NCBI GenBank assembly: GCA_016927185.1
Contig: JAFGND010000044.1
Coordinates: 1-64,000, forward strand
DNA: 64,000 nucleotides
Direction of reading: 5' to 3'
Source: Candidatus Coatesbacteria bacterium
GTDB lineage: Bacteria > JAFGND01
Numbering within the stretch: the first letter of the stretch is position 1; every line of letters begins with the position of its first letter. The notes below the pieces were generated by a model, which made no database searches, was not told where the DNA came from, and saw only the letters and a program-made list of their open reading frames with translations. Of the stretch, positions 50,218-59,932 are shown one piece after another. A program made the translations under genes and the position numbers.

Positions 50218-51668
50218 GGGATTCCGGTCAATTACCATATTTCCCATTGGGAATTGGTTATCTTGCATCTGCAAGCAAAGACCTGGGGCATGATGTAAGG
50301 ATACTCAATCTGGATAATCCCTCACCATCTGAAAATCTATACTTTCACAAGAAGGATGTCTTTTACAGCAGAAAGCAGGCTCAGGAAAGATACTGGGAAT
50401 CTGTAAGAGATGACAGTTTGCCTGTATGGAAAGAGCTCAGGGAAGTGCTTGCTGCATTTAATCCCGAAATAATAGGTATTTCAATATTAACTCCCGAGGT
50501 TGCGTCTTCAGTCAAGGTAACAAAAATCTGCAAAGAGATGCTTCCTGAGGTTTTCGTTATATGGGGAGGGGTTCATCCAACTTATGAAGATAAGTCCTCC
50601 CTTGATTTTGCGGGAGTTGATGTTGTGGCAAGAGGCGAAGGAGAAAGCATTTTTCTGAATATAGCTCATGCTCTTTCTGAAGATAGATGCTGGAAAGGTT
50701 TGCCAGGCATTTCATATAAAACAAATAATGAATTTGTGAGAAATCAGGATGCCTGCCTGATTGAAAATCTGGATGAACTGAAAAACCCTCTTAGAAGTGA
50801 GCTTTATTTTCCTGAAAGAATGCATCCCCTTGCTCATGGTTCCATTATAACAGCAAGAGGATGTCCATGGAGATGCGCTTTCTGCACTTCAAGGGACTTC
50901 TGGAAAGGCAAGGTAAGGTTTCGCTCCGCAAAGAATGTTGTAAGTGAAATAAAGGAAATAAAGGAAAAATACAAGATAAAGGTTTTCACATTCTGGGATG
51001 ATACATTCACAATCAAGAAAGAGTTTGTGGAGAATTTTGTTGAGGAGATACTTGCCCAGAAGGTTGATATAATGTGGAGAACAGCAACCAGGGCAGATGT
51101 CCTGGATGAGCAGCTTGCAAGGAAGCTTAGAAAAGCTGGTTGCATACATCTTGAACTGGGGCTTGAAAGCGGTTCAGAAAGAATGCTGAAAATAATAAAG
51201 AAAGACATAGATTTGAAAATGGTCAGGGAAGGATTGAAAATAATCAGGAATGCTGATATAAGGAGCGGAGTATTCCTGATGACGGGTTTTCCTGAAGAAA
51301 TCAGAGAGGATATAGAGGAAACAAGAAAATATCTTTCTACGATAGAACCTGACGAGATAGTCCTCAATATTTTTGATCCAATGCCAGGAAGCGAATTGTT
51401 CAAGACATGCAGGGATATGGGATTGTTGCCTGATCCAGTTGACTGGGAGCATTTCCCGCTGTGGCCATTGAAGCATTATGCACCATATATACCAGAGGAA
51501 ACCTTCAGGATAATGGTACTTGAACTAGCTGAACACATATTCCAATATAACAGGAAATTCTCGAACCTTATGCATGATTTTTATATGAAAATTCCTATGC
51601 TTCTTGGAGACCCAGTTGGTACAGCTAGATTGTTGAGACGGAAATTCAGGCGCAAATTTTTATCCTGA
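50178..51668 (+). CDS. B12-binding radical SAM enzyme
   Basis: PLGIGYLAS, WGGVHP, RGEGE, TARGCPWRCAFC, DDTF, GLESGS. Confidence 0.93.
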   Translation: MRILFIRPPYTRLRDSGQLPYFPLGIGYLASASKDLGHDVRILNLDNPSPSENLYFHKKDVFYSRKQAQERYWESVRDDSLPVWKELREVLAAFNPEIIGISILTPEVASSVKVTKICKEMLPEVFVIWGGVHPTYEDKSSLDFAGVDVVARGEGESIFLNIAHALSEDRCWKGLPGISYKTNNEFVRNQDACLIENLDELKNPLRSELYFPERMHPLAHGSIITARGCPWRCAFCTSRDFWKGKVRFRSAKNVVSEIKEIKEKYKIKVFTFWDDTFTIKKEFVENFVEEILAQKVDIMWRTATRADVLDEQLARKLRKAGCIHLELGLESGSERMLKIIKKDIDLKMVREGLKIIRNADIRSGVFLMTGFPEEIREDIEETRKYLSTIEPDEIVLNIFDPMPGSELFKTCRDMGLLPDPVDWEHFPLWPLKHYAPYIPEETFRIMVLELAEHIFQYNRKFSNLMHDFYMKIPMLLGDPVGTARLLRRKFRRKFLS

Positions 51669-51669
51669 A

Positions 51670-52341
51670 ATGGTAAGTCAAGCAAGGTTTAATACCATTC
51701 CTAACTATCTGAGTCTTTTCAGAATATTCCTGACAGCTCCTATTTTGTATTTCATAATCAGATCTGATGAAACAAGCAGACTGATTGCATTGATAATGAT
51801 AATATTGGCTGGCATTACTGATGGACTTGATGGATTCCTGGCAAGAAAACTCAACCAGGAAAGCAACTATGGATTAATACTTGATCCCCTTGCCGATAAG
51901 ATCCTGATTATTGCCATAGCAATTACATTCATATTCTATTTTGGATTTCCCCTTTGGCTTGCATTGGTAATTTTATCAAGGGATTTGCTTATAGTTGCAG
52001 GGAATCTGCACTTGATGAAAAAAATGAAAGTCAAGATTCCCAAACAATCCAATTATCTAGGGAAATTCACCTTTAATGCTTTTGTTGTATTGATGTTAAG
52101 TTATTACCTTGATTTCAGCTTCGGGAAACATTTCAATACTGTTTTTACATTACTCTTGATTTTACTTTCTATGATTTCTTATTCAAGATTGTACATGAAA
52201 ATAATCAAGAGAGAGGAAATTCCAGATCAACATCACATGAAGGATTGGTTATATTACATGAAATATGGATTGATTCTTGCCTATTATTTTCTTAACTTCA
52301 CTGTCTATCTCTACTGCCTGCAGATACTGAAAATATATTGA
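51670..52341 (+). CDS. CDP-alcohol phosphatidyltransferase (PgsA-like)
   Basis: PN.LS.FR, TDGLDGFLARK...G..LDPLADK. Confidence 0.93.
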   Translation: MVSQARFNTIPNYLSLFRIFLTAPILYFIIRSDETSRLIALIMIILAGITDGLDGFLARKLNQESNYGLILDPLADKILIIAIAITFIFYFGFPLWLALVILSRDLLIVAGNLHLMKKMKVKIPKQSNYLGKFTFNAFVVLMLSYYLDFSFGKHFNTVFTLLLILLSMISYSRLYMKIIKREEIPDQHHMKDWLYYMKYGLILAYYFLNFTVYLYCLQILKIY

Positions 52342-52344
52342 GTA

Positions 52345-53526
52345 TTATTCTCCCTTGTCTTCAGCAGGTTCCTCTTTTTCTTCAGATTTATTTTCTTCAT
52401 CCTTTTTTTCAGTGTCTTTATTCTCAGTATCTTTAACTTCCTCTTTCTTTATCTCTTCTTCCTTTTTAGTATCATCACTCTTTTTTACTTCAGTTTTCTT
52501 GACATCAGCCACATTCATGGATGTGGTTTTAAAGAATTGAGATAAAACAAAGATGAAAATTATCAGTGTTAATGTAGCAATTACTACAAGAAGCTTTTCC
52601 GTGATTGACATTTTTAAATGTGCATCATCATATTTAGGAAGATCTATTTTTTCATCCTTGCTTTCATCTTTTGCATCAAGTCCTTTTTCAATCTTTGGTT
52701 TTTCATCTGCTGATGATTTTTCAGGGCTCATTGAATCAATGTCTTTTGGTTCTTTTTCCATAGATTTTCCTACCTTTATAAGTATTACTGTTGAATTGTC
52801 AGTTCCGCCTCTTTCATTTGTTTCTGAAATCAGTTTCTCAATTTTTCTTGAAAGATCAGCATCTTCTTTTAATATGCTTTCTATCTCACTAGGGAAGAGA
52901 TGGTTGACTATTCCATCCGTGTATAAAACGTATAAGTCATCTTCCTTCAGGTCTTCCTCGAAAGTGTCTATTTCCATGTCAGGTTGATAGCCTACTGCCC
53001 TTGTTATCCTGTTTTTGAAAGGTGAATAGCGAGCTTGCTCTTCATTCAATCCCAATTCCTGTACATAAGAATGATCCACTGTTATCTGCTTGAATTCTCC
53101 GTTTCTCAATATTGATGTTCTGCTATCACCAACATTGAGTATGTAAACCTTGTTTTCCTTGAACAAAGCGAGGCTTATGGTTGTACCCATTCCTCTTTTT
53201 GATTGATCATTTTCAGCAATCTCAAGGACTTTAGTATTAGCCTTCTGAGCAGCAATACTTAATGCCTTCAATGTTGGAATTGATGGAGAATAGCTGTAAT
53301 AAATATCTACAATGGTCTCAATAGTAACCTGTGAAGCGACTTCTCCAGCAGCATGTCCCCCCATTCCATCAGCAACAATGGCAAGTATACCCATTTCCTT
53401 TCTGATTTTCAAGTCTTCAGGTACTTCTATGTGCACGAAATCTTCATTATGATCCCTGACTCTGCCGACTGATGTCAGGACAGCTGTTTCAAGCTGGAAA
53501 TCACCAAATGAATGTATTTCAGCCAT
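52345..53526 (-). CDS. PP2C/Stp1-family Ser/Thr phosphatase with C-terminal TM
   Basis: GRVR.HNED, VADGMGGH..GEVAS, MGTT, NVGDSR, TDG, GG.DN.T. Confidence 0.93.
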   Translation of the reverse strand: MAEIHSFGDFQLETAVLTSVGRVRDHNEDFVHIEVPEDLKIRKEMGILAIVADGMGGHAAGEVASQVTIETIVDIYYSYSPSIPTLKALSIAAQKANTKVLEIAENDQSKRGMGTTISLALFKENKVYILNVGDSRTSILRNGEFKQITVDHSYVQELGLNEEQARYSPFKNRITRAVGYQPDMEIDTFEEDLKEDDLYVLYTDGIVNHLFPSEIESILKEDADLSRKIEKLISETNERGGTDNSTVILIKVGKSMEKEPKDIDSMSPEKSSADEKPKIEKGLDAKDESKDEKIDLPKYDDAHLKMSITEKLLVVIATLTLIIFIFVLSQFFKTTSMNVADVKKTEVKKSDDTKKEEEIKKEEVKDTENKDTEKKDEENKSEEKEEPAEDKGE

Positions 53527-53536
53527 TTCTTAATAG

Positions 53537-54133
53537 TTAGATAGTTTTCCAGACAAAAGTAGTCTCTCCAAGCAAGATTACCATTCCATCTTCCAATGCT
53601 GTTGCTTCTGCAATGGGTTGGTTATTAATAATCGTTCCATTGCTGCTTCCCATATCTCTTATCATTACACGACCTTCAGTTCCCATATAAATTTCGCTAT
53701 GCTGTCTTGACATTGCCTTGTCGAATGTGCAACTGATATCTGCATCAGGTGAACGGCCTATAATTATTGTTCCTGCGATTTTATATTCAGTACCTACTAT
53801 ATTGCTTTCAGAGGAGTCGTCAATAACAAGTGTTCCCCATATTTCAATTTCCTGATCTGGTAAAGGTTGCCCAGGAATTTCCTCTTTTACCTTTTCTTCA
53901 GAAATCTCTACCTTTTCCTCAGTTTCAGCACCTGCTTCAGCTGATACTTCAGGTCCTTCCTCAGCTGATTCTTCTTCCTCTTCTGATGTAGGTTTGGCTT
54001 CAGATTTAATCTTAGTTTCTGCAGGTTTTTTCTTCTTTGTCAATAAGATTATTACAACAATCACAAGAGCAATAAAGAATAAACCTCCTAAACAGCTAAT
54101 TAAATATCCAATGTTAGCTAATATTAAATCCAT
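53537..54133 (-). CDS. Membrane-anchored FHA domain protein
   Basis: IIGRS..D, SRQH, D.GS.NGT..N. Confidence 0.9.
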   Translation of the reverse strand: MDLILANIGYLISCLGGLFFIALVIVVIILLTKKKKPAETKIKSEAKPTSEEEEESAEEGPEVSAEAGAETEEKVEISEEKVKEEIPGQPLPDQEIEIWGTLVIDDSSESNIVGTEYKIAGTIIIGRSPDADISCTFDKAMSRQHSEIYMGTEGRVMIRDMGSSNGTIINNQPIAEATALEDGMVILLGETTFVWKTI

Positions 54134-54249
54134 ATTATAACCTCCTGATATTCATATTTATCGCTTAAAAAAATAATAAAAATTATTGGAGTTAGATGAA
54201 TCCATAAGTAAATATTGTCAATATAGTTTTTCTTTTTCAGGTTCATTTG

Positions 54250-55299
54250 TTAAATCCTGAACGGGGCTGGTATGAAGGAAAGGATTGCCATAAGTATGCA
54301 GAAATAGCCAATCATCTTATATTTCAGGGAAAGATTTTCGTCTATCATCAATGATGGATGCTTCAATCCTATGAAAAGCAGCAAAATTCCCCATACAAGC
54401 CAACCCTGCCAGTAAAAAATTCCCAGAAGTATCAATACAGCGTAGAATGCAAATGAAAGTATTCTTGCTTTTCTTCCAAACAAGGCATATATTATATGAC
54501 CTCCATCCAGCTGCCCAATAGGTATGAGATTGAGAGCAGTTACGAAAAAACCCAGCCATGCTGCATAACCTATTGGATGAAGGAGTATGTCATATCCTTG
54601 AGGCAGATTTCCCTTTATTGCAATTGTCAGCATCTTGAATATTATATTGTCTCCAAGACCGAGCAATGATACTCCTTCAGATAATATTACTCTTGATTTG
54701 TGAATGCCATATATTCCTGCAAGCAGCGAAATCAGGAAACTCATCAAAGGACCTGCTGCCCCAATTTCAAGAAGTTCCTTTCTTGTTCTTATCGGTTCCT
54801 TTATCTTGATGAAAGCCCCAAAAGTTCCTGTAAGTGGATGTGGCGAAGGAATGAAGTAGGGAAGTGATGCTGAAATATTATTCTTGAGGCAGGCAAAATA
54901 GTGACCGAGTTCATGCGACCCAAGTATCAAGATAAGGGTGAAAGAAAAATCTATACCAAGTAACAAATCTTTGGGTTTTTTCCAGAATTCACCCCCCTGC
55001 TGCAGGCTGCCTGCTATCAAGGTTGCCAGGATTGTCAGAAAGAAAAGAATCAGATGCAATGCAAGATTTTGATGATGGATTAAGACTTCCCTTTCAATAA
55101 TATGAATGTAATAATATCCTGCAAATGATTTGCTTCTGAATAACCAGTTGTCTGGTAATTTCTCCAAGACAGCTGGAATTCCTGTTTCAGGCTCTACAAG
55201 CCAGTATCCATAAAGATAGAAACCATTTTTACTTATCTTTACGGAACCTGTAATCCTGAAAACCGGCTCAAGTATGGCAGTGATTTCTTCCTTATCCAT
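54250..55299 (-). CDS. Site-2 protease (M50)
   Basis: HELGH, AGPL, NLIPIGQLDGGH. Confidence 0.93.
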   Translation of the reverse strand: MDKEEITAILEPVFRITGSVKISKNGFYLYGYWLVEPETGIPAVLEKLPDNWLFRSKSFAGYYYIHIIEREVLIHHQNLALHLILFFLTILATLIAGSLQQGGEFWKKPKDLLLGIDFSFTLILILGSHELGHYFACLKNNISASLPYFIPSPHPLTGTFGAFIKIKEPIRTRKELLEIGAAGPLMSFLISLLAGIYGIHKSRVILSEGVSLLGLGDNIIFKMLTIAIKGNLPQGYDILLHPIGYAAWLGFFVTALNLIPIGQLDGGHIIYALFGRKARILSFAFYAVLILLGIFYWQGWLVWGILLLFIGLKHPSLMIDENLSLKYKMIGYFCILMAILSFIPAPFRI

Positions 55300-56413
55300 A
55301 TTCAGGGGCTGGAATTTTCTCTAACAATATTGACCATAAATCATTTATTCCTGTATTCTCTTTTGCTGAAATCAAGATAGAATCCTTTGAAAATGATGTT
55401 ATATCTATATCATTGCTCAAGTCTATCTTGTTGATTACTTCAATAACTGGTATATTCTCAGCACCAAGTATCTTCATGGTCTCTATAACTGTTTCTCTTT
55501 GTTCATTGTAATCAGGGGAACTTCCATCTATTATATGCAGCAAGAGATCAGCTTCCTCTATTTCCATGAGTGTTGCGTGAAATGAAGCAATTAGCTGATG
55601 AGGTAATCCTCGTATAAAACCAACTGTATCCGTGAAAGTGACAGTCTGATTCCTTTCTTTTATATAGAATCTCCTGGTAGAAGGATCAAGAGTGGAAAAA
55701 ACTCTGTCAGATGAAAAAACAGAAGAAGATGTAAGTCTGTTTATTAGTGTTGATTTCCCTGCATTTGTATATCCAACAAGGATTATATTGAAAAGATTCT
55801 TTCTTTGTTTTCTCTGAGTCTGTCTTTGTATTTCTCGCTTCTTTAATTGTTCCTTCAGAATGGATATCCTTTTTGATAATTCTCTTCTGTCAGTTTCAAG
55901 TTGCTTTTCACCTGGACCTCTTGTTGATCCTTTTCCCCTGGCAGTAATCCTGGAGAAATGCCCCCACATCCCTTTCAATCTTGGTCTCAGGTATTCAAGA
56001 TATGCAAGTTCGACTTGTGTCTTTGCTATCTCTGTTTTTGCATTATTAGAGAAAATCTCCATTATCAGCTCGCTTCTATCCATTATGGGAACCTTTAGAT
56101 AGTCCTCAATATTTCTTGCTTGTGAAGGATTAAGATCAAGATCAAAAAGAACAGTATATCTTTTCTTTTCAGTGATATAGTTCCTTATTTCTTCAAGTTT
56201 TCCCTTACCTACTGCGAATCTAGGATCAAGTGTTTCCCTTTTTTGAATGAAAACTCTCTCAGTTTCTCCACCGATAGTTGATATCAATGATTTTGTTTCA
56301 TCTATCAATCTTTCATGAGGGATTTCATGCCTTGAATTGGTTTGCACGAATACAAGGATGAATTTTGTTTTTTCTTTGGCAGTAAGGATTCCTGTGCTAT
56401 TTCTGTTGGGCAG
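55292..56413 (-). CDS. hflX: GTPase HflX (start probably CTG 56413; ORF track gives GTG 56347)
   Basis: G.GKL.E, QVELA.L.Y..PRL, RGPGEKQLE.DRR, GYTNAGKST, DTVGFI, NKID. Confidence 0.95.
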   Translation of the reverse strand: MPNRNSTGILTAKEKTKFILVFVQTNSRHEIPHERLIDETKSLISTIGGETERVFIQKRETLDPRFAVGKGKLEEIRNYITEKKRYTVLFDLDLNPSQARNIEDYLKVPIMDRSELIMEIFSNNAKTEIAKTQVELAYLEYLRPRLKGMWGHFSRITARGKGSTRGPGEKQLETDRRELSKRISILKEQLKKREIQRQTQRKQRKNLFNIILVGYTNAGKSTLINRLTSSSVFSSDRVFSTLDPSTRRFYIKERNQTVTFTDTVGFIRGLPHQLIASFHATLMEIEEADLLLHIIDGSSPDYNEQRETVIETMKILGAENIPVIEVINKIDLSNDIDITSFSKDSILISAKENTGINDLWSILLEKIPAPEYG

Positions 56414-57779
56414 ATTTATCCTCCTTCTCCTCAGAATCCCATTTTATTACATAAAAGTCTGTTTCCTCAGAAACAACTAATTTATCAGTTTCTTCATCCT
56501 TGATTTCCATTTTTATAGTGTACTTGTCAATTGGAAGATCTGGAATCTTGTAAGAAAAGATAACTTCATTATTCTTCTGATCTTCAGTTATTTTCTCTCT
56601 CAATGTAGCAACTGAGGTTATCAGATTTGCTCCCTGAATGGAGTATATGGCATAGAGATTCTTGTGTTGCTCTTTCAACATTAACTTGTATTTAAGTATC
56701 AATATCTCTCCCTTTCTGAATTGTCTTGATGGCTGGAGAGACATTTTATCATCACTATTATAAAAACGTATTTGTTCTATCCATGATTTATCTGTTTTTT
56801 TAGCTTTTATCTGTGAAGTATATATTTTTTTCTTTTCAGAGAATGCATCTTTTAAAGTGAACTTGATTGAATAATCATCTCTTGGCATGACAACAGGAAT
56901 TGATCCCTTTATGGGTTTAGATGATTCTGCCTTGTCTATGAACAGATCATCATTAATTGTCTTTATAATCTGCTTGCCTTTCAAGATGACAATTGTCATT
57001 CTAAGATGATATCCCTTCTTGTTTTTATCATCTTGTTTATCACCCTGCTTCAGATTTTCGGTTTTCACTGCATAGTTGAAGAGGATTTCCAGATCATTAT
57101 TAGGTAAAGACTTGAATGAATGATCAATTGCTGAAATCAATTCGAATTTCATCTCATCCTTATAAAGTTCGAAAGGTTTTGCATCCTGAAGATAGTCTTC
57201 CTGCCTGAAATATGCCTGAGTCATTGGTAATGGAGTCATCAAGCGATAATCATTAGGTCCTCTCTTGGAAAACCTGAAATCAAGATCCGGCTCGTAATAT
57301 CTCCATAAAAGATAGCTTGATTGTTCCATCTCATCCTGCTCACTCCAGTATTTCTGAAGGGATGTCTGTCTTGATTTATATCTGAAAAGATCAATGCTGT
57401 TATGAATTGTAAGCATTTCATCAGGAATTCCGTATCTTATCAAAACCTTTCCCCTGTCAGATCTCCATCCTGGAATGCAATATGGGTGGTTTACAGTGAA
57501 ATATTTATTGGCTAGCCTGAAGCGTTTTTCATTTGCTGCTCTTGCAGGATTGAATGACTCTCCTGGATAAGGGTTTCTTACATTCCAGAAATTCCTTATG
57601 AAAACGCTTCTTTCCTGAGGATTCATTGAAAGATAAACCAGCCTTTGTTTCTGTGTAATCAGATGGAATACATGCTCATAATTGAATCTGTCAATATCAT
57701 TCAGGTGGGAATATTTGAGTTCTGGGCTGCAGGAAGCAAGCATTACAAGGGAGGCAAGGCATATCAAGAGTTTTACCAT
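56397..57779 (-). CDS. GWxTD domain-containing lipoprotein
   Basis: LAS-C lipobox. FW..RNP.P...N....R...AN..F...GWRSDRG...I.YG.PD. Confidence 0.85.
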   Translation of the reverse strand: MVKLLICLASLVMLASCSPELKYSHLNDIDRFNYEHVFHLITQKQRLVYLSMNPQERSVFIRNFWNVRNPYPGESFNPARAANEKRFRLANKYFTVNHPYCIPGWRSDRGKVLIRYGIPDEMLTIHNSIDLFRYKSRQTSLQKYWSEQDEMEQSSYLLWRYYEPDLDFRFSKRGPNDYRLMTPLPMTQAYFRQEDYLQDAKPFELYKDEMKFELISAIDHSFKSLPNNDLEILFNYAVKTENLKQGDKQDDKNKKGYHLRMTIVILKGKQIIKTINDDLFIDKAESSKPIKGSIPVVMPRDDYSIKFTLKDAFSEKKKIYTSQIKAKKTDKSWIEQIRFYNSDDKMSLQPSRQFRKGEILILKYKLMLKEQHKNLYAIYSIQGANLITSVATLREKITEDQKNNEVIFSYKIPDLPIDKYTIKMEIKDEETDKLVVSEETDFYVIKWDSEEKEDKSAQQK

Positions 57780-58264
57780 GTGGTAAGTGCCTCCTGGACA
57801 AGTTTTTTTGCAGTATCTGACACCAGTACGTTTTTAGCTTCCTCTTCACTCCCTCCGATATTATATTGAGCTCTTGCAGTATAGTTAGAGTTTTTGTATA
57901 TTATCTTATCTTTTTTCAGATCCTTGAATTCTATCTCTATTTTTATTACTATTTCATATGCTTTCACTTTTTCATCAGAATCATAAGAAGAAGCTTGCTT
58001 CTTGTATGATTTAATAACTCCCTTGAAAACACTGTCAGCATGCTGCAGATCAGTAACCTTCAAGACATTGCTCTGCATGAACTGGTCAATAATGGAATTA
58101 GTGAAGCGTTCCTTGAGACCAAACTCGAAAGTCTTATCTTCAAGCAGAGGTACAGCAACAGTCTTGAGATGATTGGGAAGTTGATTGCTGAATGAATATG
58201 GGCAACCCAGATTGAGAGTGAATAACAAAACTGCAAAACAAAACAGAATCTTTCGTATTTTCAT
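57773..58264 (-). CDS. lptE: LptE-family lipoprotein
   Basis: LG-C.YSF...LP.HLKT.AVP..E..T, AD....G.I..Y, terminal W. Start ATG 58264. Confidence 0.85.
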   Translation of the reverse strand: MKIRKILFCFAVLLFTLNLGCPYSFSNQLPNHLKTVAVPLLEDKTFEFGLKERFTNSIIDQFMQSNVLKVTDLQHADSVFKGVIKSYKKQASSYDSDEKVKAYEIVIKIEIEFKDLKKDKIIYKNSNYTARAQYNIGGSEEEAKNVLVSDTAKKLVQEALTTW

Positions 58265-58325
58265 TGCAGTCAAAATGTAATAAAGATGGATTTTATTGTC
58301 AAGGATTCTCATTATGAACATTTTA

Positions 58326-58946
58326 TCAGTTACCATTAACAATATCAGAATCGGAGAATACTTCTTTTGCAATTTTGCCGTATTTTTTCAGGTCTATCTT
58401 GTCCGATCTTGCTGAGTAGAAGGCTGTAAGAACCGGGATAATCTTGTATATTGTTTTACCGAAAATCCATTTAACAGATAATTTTGCAACTTTTATAGTA
58501 AGTTTCCAGGCAATTTTTGGAGGCAGTTTTTCCATTGTCTCTTTTGCAGTATCAAGGATATCCTTTTGCTTGCTTCCATACTCCCTTATCTCTTTTATAT
58601 TGTCACAGATTATGCATAAGACAATCAGATTCCTGATTTTGCTGTCATTTATGTCATATCCATATATTGTTGCTATAGCAGATATTATCCTGATTTCATA
58701 AAATAATACAGCTGCTTCGAATGGCAAGCCAAAAAACCCGGTTAATCCTGAGAGAAAGCCAGTCCTGTATGCCTTTTTTGCTTCCCTTTCAATAAGAACA
58801 TCAACTCTTTTGTCATTGCCATCAAATTTCTCTTCAAGATATTCCTTTGCCAGGCTTGCAGGAGAGCTGAACAAAAATGGAATGCCACGTGCAGTAACTT
58901 CAACAGCCAGGGAAACTGTTTTTATTACTATATTTTCATCAGACAT
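58326..58946 (-). CDS. EcsC-family protein
   Basis: G..SG..G..GLP, I..IA.IYGYD, K.IPV pattern. Confidence 0.75.
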   Translation of the reverse strand: MSDENIVIKTVSLAVEVTARGIPFLFSSPASLAKEYLEEKFDGNDKRVDVLIEREAKKAYRTGFLSGLTGFFGLPFEAAVLFYEIRIISAIATIYGYDINDSKIRNLIVLCIICDNIKEIREYGSKQKDILDTAKETMEKLPPKIAWKLTIKVAKLSVKWIFGKTIYKIIPVLTAFYSARSDKIDLKKYGKIAKEVFSDSDIVNGN

Positions 58947-59061
58947 TGTGGAATTATTTGTAAAATCTACAATTTTTGTAAACTAGAAAAGGTATAAACA
59001 AGGAGTTTCCTCTTGACGTTTTTTCTTTCCATGGAGTTTGATTCTAAAAAAAGGGGGCAAA

Positions 59062-59463
59062 ATGACAAACAAAACTCAACTTCCTGGATTATTAATTGCC
59101 ATTTGGGGAGGAATAGGAGTATTATTTGCTGCTATAGCATTAGTCTTGAGTCTTGCTGGTACTGGACTTGGAATGCTGGGAAATATTGCTGGACAGGGAA
59201 GTCCGGCTGATATGATAGGTATGGGTGGAAGCATGGTATTTTCAATAATTTACTACGGATTATATATATTGTGGAATGGTGTAATCCTGTATGGTGGACT
59301 TCAGATGAAGCAATGCAAGAATATAGGACTTTCATGGGCAGCAGTTATAATGTCTGCAATTCCTTGCGGGTATTGCTGCATAATAGGTCTTCCACTAGGC
59401 ATCTGGGGAATCATTACCTTGCTAGATGAGGAAGTAAAAGCAGCTTTTGCAAGCAACATCTAA
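59062..59463 (+). CDS. Small membrane protein with PC..CC..GLP.GIW motif
   Basis: Hydrophobic, IPCGYCCIIGLPLGIWGIITL.D.EVKAAF. Start ATG 59062 after AGGGGG. Confidence 0.75.
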   Translation: MTNKTQLPGLLIAIWGGIGVLFAAIALVLSLAGTGLGMLGNIAGQGSPADMIGMGGSMVFSIIYYGLYILWNGVILYGGLQMKQCKNIGLSWAAVIMSAIPCGYCCIIGLPLGIWGIITLLDEEVKAAFASNI

Positions 59464-59932
59464 TAAAAAAAAGGGTTTCTGGCAGGAGCGGATAACACCG
59501 TCTCCTGACCATTTCATTCTGTATCTAAGTATATTCATTATTGTCTGCTCTTTCTTGATGCCTTTTTTCCACAAGACTAATGAAAAAGGACAGCTTGAAT
59601 TGAAGATATTCAATATTCCGATTCCATATTATTGTTACTTCAAACTCACGACAGGGATTGACTGTCCTGGTTGCGGATTAGTGAGATCATATAGTTCAAT
59701 GGCAAAAATGGATTTCAGTCAAGCTTTTGAAATGAACAGGATTGGAGTTTTCCTGTTTTTTCTTACATTGCTTCAGATTCCATGGAGATTTTTTTTCATT
59801 GTGATATACAAGAAGAAAAACAGGCTAAAGGATATTGGTGATAAGGCAATAGAATATTTGTTTTTCATGATGCTTGCAGGCTTGTTTGTCAACTGGTTCT
59901 ATAATCTATATACAGGGCAGGCATTCAGGTAA
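59447..59932 (+). CDS. DUF2752 domain membrane protein
   Basis: C.FK..TGI.CPGCG..RS. Confidence 0.88.
   Translation: MQATSNKKKGFWQERITPSPDHFILYLSIFIIVCSFLMPFFHKTNEKGQLELKIFNIPIPYYCYFKLTTGIDCPGCGLVRSYSSMAKMDFSQAFEMNRIGVFLFFLTLLQIPWRFFFIVIYKKKNRLKDIGDKAIEYLFFMMLAGLFVNWFYNLYTGQAFR

Noticed and set aside
25186-51476. Longer antisense ORFs (for example 25186-25749, 38359-38748, 50834-51403)
   Set aside because: They lie opposite well-supported genes and have no recognisable motifs
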